From Oikopleura dioica (taxonomy: Eukaryota > Animalia > Chordata), in the NCBI GenBank assembly GCA_907165135.1, contig OU015567.1, forward strand, positions 12,462,001 to 12,526,000: a stretch of 64,000 nt of DNA. Direction: 5' to 3'. The notes beneath the pieces were generated by a model, which saw nothing but the letters and a program-made list of their open reading frames with translations, made no database searches and was not told the origin of the DNA. Shown piece after piece: positions 1-10,341 of this stretch. The number at the start of each line of letters is the position of its first letter. The stretch's first letter is position 1. Position numbers and translations under genes: made by a program.

Positions 1-1393
1 GAGCGATGTTGAGGGTCGCCGGCAGAGCTTGCCGGCCTGTGGTGAACTTGGCATTGATGAGTTCATTGTTCTTTGCCCAGAGCTCACTAGAATCAACAAA
101 CCAAGAAACGGGTCCTTCGGTGCAAAAGTTGAAAAGCGGCGTCGAGTAGAAACAACGATAGTCAAACCGCAAGTCAGACAGGATTCAAAATCGCTGAAGA
201 CGCAGCTGGAAGATGCGTTTTTCAAGGCTAATCCAGCCTCGCTCAAAAGAGCGACCGAGTTTGTGATAGAAAGAGTCACATCTAATTGTGTCAAGCACTT
301 TAGAAATAAAGGAAGGTTGAAAACAATCTAATCAACTTCAAATTCGAAAGTCTAGCTTTATCAAGTCAATTACTGTTTTCAATCTGCTAAAGTAATACCC
401 GACACGCTGCGCGATTTCAACGCCAAGGTCAAGGATCACTTCAACGCGACACCCTCGGATGCAGAAGACGATGTCATCGCAATTGCTTTCATCAATACAA
501 TTGTTGAAAAGTGTCTCAAAGCATGCCTCGACAAGTGTTTGGCCGAGAGCGTACCGTTTTGCGAAAAGAACTCCAACGAAGCGCTGCCTCCTATTCTCGG
601 TCCTGATGTGCCCCGTGCGGCTGTGGCATTCGCGGTCAAGATCACTGAGAGGGATACAAAGGCAAAAACAGCGGAATGGTTTAAAGAAAAGGTGCCGATT
701 ATTGTAAATAGAGATGGAAAAATGGCTTTTGAGCGATCAAGAATTAACAGGCACGAGTTGACGCTAAATAAAAGTCTTTAAATCCTAGAAATCCGAATGA
801 TCTGTATGGTAGACTCATTGAAAGAACCAAACAAAAGGTTTACCAAATCTCGAATGAGGATTACAAACCGCACTCGGAGCTTTTGTCCTCTCTTCGCGAA
901 GTCGTCATGCGCGACCAGCTCGGCCAGGCTGATGAATCAACTCAAATCATGTCGCTTGGTAAATTACTGCCTCAGTTGCTGGAGTCAATACCATCAATGG
1001 ACGGTGGATCAATCAAAACGGCGTCATTTCTTTTGACTCAAGTCGTCTTCATCGCTTTCAGGTCAAGGTTACTCCATTTCAAATTCTTTTACATAAAGGA
1101 AAAACTAGAATTTTACAGTCGAGTAACTTTTTTGAAGATTTCCAAAAGCGGAATTTTCCTTATTGGTCTCAATGTTCACCGCTGAAATCGTGGAGCAACT
1201 ATCATTCCTGCCCTCTTCAGTTCTTATTTGTGCCTTGCTAGAGTCATTTGTCTTGCAACCAAGTAAAAGTGCCAACGAGAACATACAGTTATTCCTGACG
1301 ACTATGCCTGGCTGGGAGACGCAGGACATCGAGCAAGTCCTCGAAACGTATCCTCCGGAAATAACTTTATTCGTTCAAAACTGTTTACAGTAG
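1..1393 (+). CDS. CDAN1: Codanin-1, C-terminal exons (gene starts upstream of the window)
   Basis: QLEDAFFKANPASLKRATEFVIERVTSNCVKH matches the codanin-1 C-terminal motif ([32 protein letters not shown]); later exons stay in frame across short introns; stop TAG 1391-1393. Confidence 0.8.
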
Positions 1394-1577
1394 TCCTAGC
1401 TTTTTTCTATTTCCCAAATTCGATTCAATGTGTGTGTATTTATTTATTCAAGCATCTTATATTCAACAAATTTCTGTACAGGCTTTTTATACTTACAGTG
1501 ATCGTTCCATTTTCTGTTATTTTTAGTTACAGTATTAAAATATAATTCCAGATATTCTAAATTTTTGTACTTCTTTT

Positions 1578-3490
1578 TCATTCTCTTCTATTATGATAAT
1601 GATTCTTTTTGCTTCGATTTTTCTGAAGAAAAGTTGATTTTTGGCTGCAATTTCGAGCTACCTTTAATTGATAGATTCTTTTTTCAAAATTGCTCATTTC
1701 TCTGCAACCAGGAGAGTATTTCGGAAGCACCCAATGAGCATTTTCTTCATCGTTAATTTTCTTTACTCCAAAGCGGCATCTTATATTTTCAATCTCGAAT
1801 TGCGTCAAGTGAAGACAAATTACCTAGCTTGATATGGGCTTTCATGCCACTCAATGCCTTTATTACACTCATATTGGCAATTTCTCGTATAGAACCAACG
1901 ATTTTCCCCTTCCGGATGTACCAAATGTCCGACGCAAGAGCCCTTCTTTAATCTGACATATCCACCTTCCTTACTTCGAATAGTCTTTGGCAATTTATGA
2001 ATCGAGCAACGATCAGCTGCCCATTTTTCATCGGGGCAGTTTGGCAGCGTATGCGGTTCTTTCCATTTGCCCCGAGTACATGTCGTTGCTACGCCTAAAA
2101 GTTAAGTACGTTATAAAGCGATCATAAGGAAATGTTTATTTACTTGTGCGGTTAAAGTCTTCACAGGAGAAATAGCACTTCTTTATTTTGGGGTTCCTAG
2201 CCTTGAGCTCGTAAAAATGCTTATTGAGAAAGTAATACACAAGTAGAAAGATAACTGAATATGAAGTTCAGTCTATGAACCCTATTCCTTGTCACCAAAC
2301 TCATCCGCCTCGCAATCACCCCACGTCCCTCGCGGAAATCCCCATTTCGGGATATCCCACGGATCGCAATCAGGCTCAACACTTCGTAGACTTATGCTTT
2401 TATACGTGGCCAAGTCCAGCGGTCTACGCGGGTGGCGAGTTTCGATTCTGATACGAGGACAGCTCATTTTCTTGCGCCGGGAAAGAGCTGTCAAGAAGTC
2501 GGAATTGGCATCCAAGCTGCCATGGTTTCGGCAGAGGCAACCTCGTGTCAGTTTCAGCCAAGAGCCCCGGCAATACGGAACAGTTTGCGGATCAGCTGGG
2601 TCTTTTTTTGCGACACAATGTCGTGTTTCTAAAAATTCTTTGTTGTTGGAAAAGATTTTCCGGAATTTCACGTGAAATCGACGTAATTACGTAGATGAAC
2701 ACACTCAATGACCTTTATCCGTTGATTCCTTCGTCAATTTTCCCGAAATGAGCGTAATTGGGCGTTATGTCTGTATTACAAGAATCGAGCGTTTTTATCT
2801 AGGTAATCTGGCGTTCAAATTTTCACTCGGCCTATTTGCTCAGCAGACATGTGTTTACATGTAGATATTAAGTCCTATGAACTTGCTTCGTTCGTTTACC
2901 TTGCGAGTAAAATTCTTCCCACGGTCTACAGGGGCTTGTCACTTGCCAGTTCGTCCATTTACCAGGAATAATCTTTTTCTCAGTTGAGCAAACAATGAAC
3001 ATATCTGATGTTCCAGCTTCACAGTCGCCTCCGTGAATTCTGTAATCTTTGATCGCGCACTCTTGGATATCTCCCTGTCCTTCAGGACAGTTGACCCCGC
3101 CAACGATGTACTCAATCGTTTCCGGCAAGGAAGTATCTTCTCCCGGCATGTATCTTCGGTACGCCTCCTGGTTGCCTATAAACAAGTTCCGACTAAAGCC
3201 CATCTGCCAACATGCTCTTTGTCCAAAGCTCTTAGCATTCTTCCCTGTCAGTCCGAAGACACCACTGTTCTGACAGAGACGACCCCAGTTTACAGCCCCG
3301 TATCCATCATTTGCTCTTTGTTGGATATCTCAAAATGATCAATTAAAATTCCAAAAGCAATAAATAACTTTTCTCAAATTAAATAAACACGAGTAAATAC
3401 AGTATCCCTTGCCCAATGTAAACTCTTCCATGACTCCAATGTGCGGCTTTGACTTCCCACCGACTAATCCACGCGGAAATCTCGTTTATT
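1578..3490 (-). CDS. Secreted mosaic protein: SRCR + thrombospondin-1-like + two Sushi/CCP-like modules; 5' end unresolved
   Basis: LVGG..WGRLCQ..ACWQMGF..VNCPEGQGDIQEC..DMFIVC is SRCR-like; GKWTNWQVTSPC and WGFPRGTWGDC are TSP1-like; CYFSC..TTCTRGKWKEPHTLPNC and CQYECNKG..IRC..HWVLPKYSPGC are CCP-like. Confidence 0.65.
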
Positions 3491-3998
3491 TTCAAAAACA
3501 GTACGATAATACTGTGTACTCTCATTTAAATTCAGGTTCACTCAAAATTTTCAAATTCTAGTAGTTTTATCTATTTTCAGTTTATGTATGTTTTGCGTGA
3601 CAGAAATATTCTTTTATTTTCTTTCTTCAAAGGCAGACAAGCGCGATCCCCACCTAGTTTGGCGCCCCATCGACTACTCGCGCAGTATTCTTTGCGCCGC
3701 AGTTTGCGCATCGCGCGTTTCTTTCCCGAAAAGTACACCAAGCAGCATCAGATTAATTTGTCTATTTGTTCAGATGGATGTTGACGGACTCGTTTTTCTC
3801 ATCTGGTCGCTGTACTTTTCAGTTGTAAAAGGTCACGTTGACATGTTATGCAACAGTATTTGCGCTTGAACATCGAATTCGGTCGATTTTTGACAGCTTT
3901 TGACCTTTAAGTCAAGTTTGTGTTGAAACATCCCACTGTTTCTCGTCGTTTCTTCTTCTTTCTTTTGTCAACCTTTTCAAAGCAAAAATAATTACTTT

Positions 3999-5535
3999 TT
4001 GCCCATGTATGGGCCGATATGGAAATCAATTAGGTCCGGGGCTCAGAAAATCAAATTTTCGAGTCCAGAAGTAAGGTCTGTGTTAAAGAACAAGTAGCGA
4101 GCCAAACTAAGACCACGTCACTTCCATGTTGCATAAATCAAAGGAAATGAAAACGACTCTGTTACTTCCCAGTTTCATTTCCTATGAAGAAAGCCCATTA
4201 GCGCTTATTCCGTTTGAAGACGTCTTCCAGGTCAGGAACGGGTGCCTTCTGTATTTCAAAACGCAAGAATTATTGCCCATAATCTCGTTCTTCAAACTTG
4301 CTTCCAACAGCGTTTTGTATCCGAGAATAAATATTAAAAGACGGAAACTTGTCAAAATACCATTTTTATAAGTTTAATTATCTTCTAGTTTCAAAAAGAA
4401 GTAGTGGGGCTTGAGTTTGTTCTAGATAACGGCGTAAATATCGAAATTGTTCTGTGAATTTTCAATCATGAGAGCACGCAATTACTATTTTTTAACAGAG
4501 ACGCTAACCCGCTGAAAAAGTCCTTTGATAGAGGGCGGCTTCGATGTCCTCCCCGCGTCTGGCTTTGACTTTGATCAGCTAACAACAATTCTTTGTCATA
4601 GCTCACGCATGCGCGACTCCACCGCAACGGGGTCTTCCGGTGACCACAACGGAGAACCGAGTTGCGATCTGAGCGGAAATCCCCGCGGTACTTACTGGCG
4701 ACGCCTTGGCGTTGAATTCCTCAAGTCTGATGTCGTCAGTTCACTTGACGCACACGATGAGCCGGTCGCCTTGACCGGGGCGATAACGTCTTTTCCGGCT
4801 CCGGAAAGTGTCAACTATGTTCATCAATATTTGCACTTTGCCCCAAACATCCTCCAGATCGCTGATGAGATTCGAAACAGGATGGGCGGATCGTTTCTTG
4901 GAATTCATCTTAGAATAGGCACCGATTTCACGAAAGCCTGTGATATTCTTGACCGTAATGACAACTTGATGGGTACAGTTATGAAAGAACAACTTTATGG
5001 GCATCTTATGGGCGTTTTTACATACTTTATCAACAATTTTTGGGCCGAATTTTATTACTAATTTCGCTCATCCTATTCGTAACTTTTGAAAGCATCTCCT
5101 CAATGTGGAACCCCTCAAGTGAAGCTGGAAAAATCAAAACACTGCGCCCCATCTATGGAACAAATTCTAGACGAGCTCGATTTCTTCAAAGACAAATTCA
5201 ACACGCTTTACATTTCTTCTGACAAAAAGATCGACCGTCAGATCTTTGAAGAACGCGGGCATGGGTTTATATTCAATAAGCTTCTCTTACTTTTTGTACT
5301 TTATAAACCGAAAATTAGATTTCGAGTGGCTACGCTGGACGATTACCGTGATTTGCCAATTCCAAAATTTTTTGACCCTTTGATCGATTTGTCCGTGCAA
5401 ATATTAAGTGACCAGTTTATTGGTAATTGCATTTCAAGCTTCACGGGATTTATCGTCCGGCAAAGAAGAGTTAAGCACCTTCCAGTTGCTTTCTGGGGTC
5501 TCGTTGACCATTCTGACGCACACGAAGAGCTTTGA
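3999..5535 (+). CDS. POFUT1: GDP-fucose protein O-fucosyltransferase 1 (start codon not resolved; coordinate marks the CPCMGRYGNQ motif)
   Basis: CPCMGRYGNQL, FLGIHLRIGTDFTKAC, DQFIGNCISSFTGFIVRQR and a C-terminal ER-retention-like HEEL. Confidence 0.9.
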
Positions 5536-5746
5536 TTTACGATTCTTATTCCTAGCTGGAATCAGATGACCTTTTTTCAATTTCTGTATACTTCTTGTAA
5601 TTCCCATCCAATTGCGAATTCACCAATTTCCTTTTAATGCCTGTGATTGGATAATCCTTCCATTGATTCTATTTTTCTACTTTTTCAACTTTTTATCGAT
5701 ACTTTTTAACCGGTTATTCAGAGATTTAGAATTTTGCTCCTCCGAA

Positions 5747-6202
5747 ATGTCGCTCGGAATCCCAATCAAAGTCCTCCACGAAGCCGAGAGCCACGTAATC
5801 ACCTGTGAAACCTCCACCGGCGAAGTCTTCCGTGGAAAGCTCGTCGAAGCCGAAGAACATATGAACATCCAGGTACAATCAACCACTTTAATACCTTCAC
5901 AAAGCCGATTCTAGATGCAGGATGTCACCGCTACCTACCGAAACGGATCAACCGCCCAATTGGCGAACATCTACATTCGTGGCACTCAAATCAAGTTCAT
6001 GATTCTCCCCGAGATGCTCAAAAACGCCCCAATGCTCAAGGTAAATTTGGAATTGGATTAAACCATCACTCTCGTTTCTTCTCAGGTCGCAACACGAAAC
6101 CAGGCTCAAGGCCAGAAGCAGAATTTCTGGCAAGCTGGCCGAGGTCGTGGACGAGGCGGCGGCTTCCGCGGTGGTCGAGGCGCCCCAAGAGGCCGATATT
6201 AG
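5747..6202 (+). CDS. SNRPD3: Small nuclear ribonucleoprotein Sm D3
   Basis: [66 protein letters not shown] plus an RG-rich tail; two short GT-AG introns. Confidence 0.95.
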
Positions 6203-6457
6203 GAAAATTAGCGAGGGTAGACCCGCTGGTCCCCTGAGAAGGAAAATCTGCTACCGATTTTAGAACACACATTTACCGATTTATTAAATTCTCCAGTTAT
6301 CTCACACTCTTCTTGCTTTTAGCTACTCAACTTTATCATTTTAGTTGTGTCAAGCTCATTATTGAAATTTTGAATTACTGTCGCACTCGACACCACCTAG
6401 ATATCATGTTATAAACAACTGCCCTAAACTGCTCCTGGTCACTTTTTGAGTTTTAGA

Positions 6458-7533
6458 ATGAGTGGAGTCGAGGCGGCAAAGCGTCTAGCCGCGAGGTCAG
6501 CCGTCGATGCCTTTGTCAAGAATGGATTCAAGCTGGGAATCGGCTCCGGTAAAGAAATTTTTCTTTGACAAGGGTTGTTAAAATGCCTTTTTTGTTCAGG
6601 ATCGACTGTAGTTTACGCGGTGGAGAGAATCGCGGAACGAGCGCGAGCGGAGAATCTTCAGGTTCCGATCGTTAAGATTTTAATGAGTCGTATTAACTTT
6701 AATTTAGCTCACTTGTGTACCCAGCAGTTTCCAAGCTAGACAGGTGCGATAATATGATATTTACTCATGTCTCAAATAACTGGCAGTTTGCGCAGATGCG
6801 TTCTTCACTGACCTCTTAACTAGTTATAAAAAATCAGATTTCAGTTCATTCATTCCTTTAATTTATCTTTAGCTTATTATCGAGCACGGCTTGCTTCTAT
6901 CCGATCTCGAGCGAACTCCGGAGCTCGACTTGGCAATCGACGGAGCTGACGAAGTCGACGACCGACTTACCCTGATCAAGGGTGGCGGTGGATGTCTCCT
7001 CCAAGAAAAGATCGTCGTCAACGCGGCAAAGGATTTCGTCGTTGTTGCTGATTACAGAAAGAACTCGGCCGCCCTCGGGCAGCAGTGGAAAAAGGGAGTG
7101 CCGATCGAGGTGCTGCCTCTTGCGTACAGGTAATTTTTCGTCTCTAGAAACTGGGGAGCTTCTCAGTGAGTTGAGAAATACAATTTTCGTGGTGAGAAAC
7201 ACCCGGATTTCTAGAGAAATCAATCGATTTTCACTTTGAATTGAAATATCTCTGGTATTTTTGCTCTTTTTTAGACCGGTGCAGAAGGAAATCGAGTCCC
7301 GTTTTGGTGGTGTTGCAAAACTGCGAATGGCAAAAGCGAAAGCAGGACCTCTCGTCACTGACAACGGCATGTTCATCATTGATTGGGAATTCAACGAAGC
7401 TCCAGCTGAAGGATGGACAAAGATCGGAATGGAGCTCAACAATATTCCGGGCGTCGTTGAGCACGGATTATTTATTGGCTGCGCAAAGAAGGCATACTTT
7501 GGAAATGAAGACGGAACGGTTTCGGAACGATGA
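6458..7533 (+). CDS. RPIA: Ribose-5-phosphate isomerase A
   Basis: [58 protein letters not shown]. Confidence 0.95.
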
Positions 7534-7907
7534 ATGATGATCGAAAATGAAAAATGATTAAAAGTATTTACCTTCGCTGGCTTTAGATTACTATAATTTC
7601 TGCCAAGTTCAGTATTAAAAATACAACTCGCTCAAGAAGGACTAATAGTATTGTATCAGACCATATGACCAGGCTCTGATATACTGGTCCTCTATACTGT
7701 ATAGACTACACAGCAAATTAGAATAAATTGCTTCAAAGAAATCGACGCATTTTAAGGGGAAAACTTTTGTTAATTATTCTGGCAACGACGAATGAAGTAA
7801 AATGATTCGATGACAATGAAAAAAGTAAAAAAGTGAGAAAGGGTAGTCAGTTCCATAGCAGTAAAATCGTTTCATTGGCTTTCAAAATTCATGCCGTCGA
7901 AAATCCT

Positions 7908-8087
7908 TCAGGGGCACTTGCAGGCACCAGAGACTCGGACGTCGACGAGCTTGGTGACAGTGACGATGGAGACTCGGGCATCGAGGACGATGCTAGAATT
8001 CATTTTATTTTGATTCTATATTGTGACTTACTCAGAGGCCATGTTGATTTCTGGGGCTTCGAAGCAGATTTCTTCCTTTCGTGGCAT
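7908..8087 (-). CDS. Predicted 46-aa microprotein A (MPRKEEICFEAPEINMASDIVLDARVSIVTVTKLVDVRVSGACKCP)
   Basis: Exon 1 8087-8032, GTAAGT..TTCTAG intron 8031-7993 (39 nt, phase 2), exon 2 7992-7908; paralogous to the gene at 8293-8481. Confidence 0.75.
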
Positions 8088-8292
8088 GTTGAGTTAGTTG
8101 ATGAGTATCTGAGATGATCTGAGCTGGTCGATTCAAATCACTTGATTATATGCGGTTTTATTGCCCTGCCACCTAGAGGCACTCACTTCCGCGTCCGGTG
8201 ACGGCAAGAGCACCATCTACCCGGTTAATGATGATAAAAGCGCGGATCTGAAAGCGTTGAGCATTAGAATTGATCATAATACAATTTTAACC

Positions 8293-8481
8293 ATGCCACG
8301 ATCCAAGAACGAAATCTGTGTCCAAAGTCCCGAAGTCGTCATGCACGGAGAGTAAGTCTTTTTCTACCCTAACAGAGCTTTATTTGTCTTTTTCAGCATC
8401 AACCTCCACGCTCAGGTCGCCGTCGTCACCAAGGCTAAGCTCGATGATATCTCTATCAAGGGCGATTGCAAGTGCGATTAA
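8293..8481 (+). CDS. Predicted 47-aa microprotein B (MPRSKNEICVQSPEVVMHGDINLHAQVAVVTKAKLDDISIKGDCKCD)
   Basis: Exon 1 8293-8351, GTAAGT..TTTCAG intron 8352-8396 (45 nt, phase 2), exon 2 8397-8481; 24 identities with microprotein A by hand alignment. Confidence 0.75.
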
Positions 8482-8639
8482 ATTTTTTTTACAGTTCTGA
8501 TTGACTCCTTTTTTAATTTTTCTGGCAACACGAATAAATAATGCTTTCAAATAAAAGCTGTTTGTATTTTGATGCAAGAATCGAATAGGCTAGGGAATTA
8601 CTTTTTTATTGAAATTTCTAAGTAGGAAGTTATGAATGT

Positions 8640-9185
8640 TTATTCCAAGAGAAGCAAAACGGTTTCTGGCTCTTCCTCGTTGGCTTCAGCAATTGGCTGA
8701 ATTTTGATCTCAACGCTGCTCCAGAAGGAGTCAACATCATCCGTTGCGTTGACAGCATCATTGATCGCTTTGGATGCTTCTTCGTATTGTTTCTGCAAAA
8801 GCTGAAGATACCCAGCATCCTGGGCGTCTACGGTTTCAGAAGACTCCTCCTCGGGTTTCTTTCCCATGCATGCTGAACAGCAGATTTGATCGACTAGTAG
8901 AAAATATTTAAGCTTACCTGCAAAAATTCCTTTCAGTTTTTCCTTCACTACTTCTCCGAACTTCGCAAAAGCAGCTTTAAGCGCATCGATGAAGCCTGCC
9001 TTGGCTTGTTCTAAAGCCTCAACAGCACTTTCCTTCAAGTCATCAATTGCTTCAGAAGCAGCTTCTTTTACATTTCCAAGAGCATCAGCGGCCTGCTCTT
9101 GCAAATCACTAGCAACTTCCTGAGCCTGAAGCGTGACATTCTCGAGAGACTCGGTAACTTGTTGGGTAGCTTCTTCGACTGACAT
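8640..9185 (-). CDS. Acidic Ala/Glu-rich helical protein with 11-mer repeats (LEA/apolipoprotein/perilipin-like pattern)
   Basis: 181-codon ORF containing an in-frame 45-nt GTAAG..CAG intron; repeats AADALGNVKEA/ASEAIDDLKES/AVEALEQAKAG. Confidence 0.6.
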   Translation of the reverse strand: MSVEEATQQVTESLENVTLQAQEVASDLQEQAADALGNVKEAASEAIDDLKESAVEALEQAKAGFIDALKAAFAKFGEVVKEKLKGIFAGKLKYFLLVDQICCSACMGKKPEEESSETVDAQDAGYLQLLQKQYEEASKAINDAVNATDDVDSFWSSVEIKIQPIAEANEEEPETVLLLLE

Positions 9186-9642
9186 ATTTTGAAAAAATAG
9201 ATATATTTGTTAATTCTGCCAAGAGAAGAATGATTATATACGACTTCCGGCCGGAAATTGAATAATCAAAATAGAGGAGCAGTTACTTTTTTGAAATCTG
9301 TTTATGCGGCATATTTTGTTATAATCTCGTTTTATTTGTGACTTATTAATTATAGGCATCATGAAGTATAAATATCAATTTGACCGAAAGTAAATTCTAA
9401 AGCCGGTGGGATTTATTGCCTAGGAAGTAATGAAAATGAAGATGTCAAAATGAGAATAAAATAATTAGACACTTGATGACAAGTCAATTGATGATAAAGT
9501 GGAGTTATTATTGGTCCAAATGAAACGTTTCATCGTAATCAAAATTAGTTAAACCGCATCGTAAATAGTCGTTAATCCAAAATGTACTTATGTTGCTATT
9601 CCTTTATTTCGACACTTTCGCATATCTTTTGCAAATTGATTC

Positions 9643-10341
9643 TTATTCTTCTTCTTCCTTGATTTCAGAAACTAAATCGATGTTGTTTTTCGATGTCAGC
9701 GGAAGACTATTCTTCTTATAGACTTTAAAACTGATTACAAAAAGGCATTTTATTGAAAAAACATAATTTTGGCCAAATGGAGTTCTTTCTTGGCTTTCCG
9801 CCAGATCCTTCGTTTGTCGCACCATTCTCAATTTGTCCGTCTGCAATGGACGCCAGGCTTTTTCGATTTCCAGATGGGCCAGATCCACTTCCAGAGGACT
9901 CGTTCTGATCGACTACGGTTTCTACTTGCTCCTCCCTGTCTATTTCTGAGCCCTCAAGTCGATCGTACTAGATAAGATTTATTAGAAAGAAAGTAAAAAT
10001 TTCACAATCGTACCATTGATTGCAAGCCCCAAAATACTCGAAAAGCATCCCATGCTCGTCCAGCATTGTACTCGAAGCCGATGAAGAGGCAAACAAAGAT
10101 TGAAAACATTGGAACAACTCCCCACAGGATCAGCATGTGAATGATAAACCAATATATTCCTAAAATGCCAAATAAAAAGTTAGTCTTTTACTTTCAAACC
10201 GGGTGTTCCGAGAAAAGGTTTGTAAAAGATTGCTCCGCTTTTCTTAATTTGAGATGTAACTAATCTGATCTCATCCAAGTAATCTTGGTATTTTTCTTCA
10301 TTTAAAATAGAATCTATAAAAGACGTATCCTCGTCAGCCAT
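9643..10341 (-). CDS. Hypothetical membrane protein (four exons)
   Basis: MADEDTSFIDSILNEEKYQDY..GTP|GIYWFIIHMLILWGVVPMFSIFVCLFIG (hydrophobic span)..|YDRLEGSE.. then a Ser/Gly-rich tail ending KEEEE*; GT-AG introns keep the frame. Confidence 0.55.

Noticed and set aside
3640-3760. CANCGAKNT zinc-finger-like peptide (ArfGAP-like) on the minus strand
   Set aside because: Bounded by stops, and the second CxxC and conserved Trp are missing.
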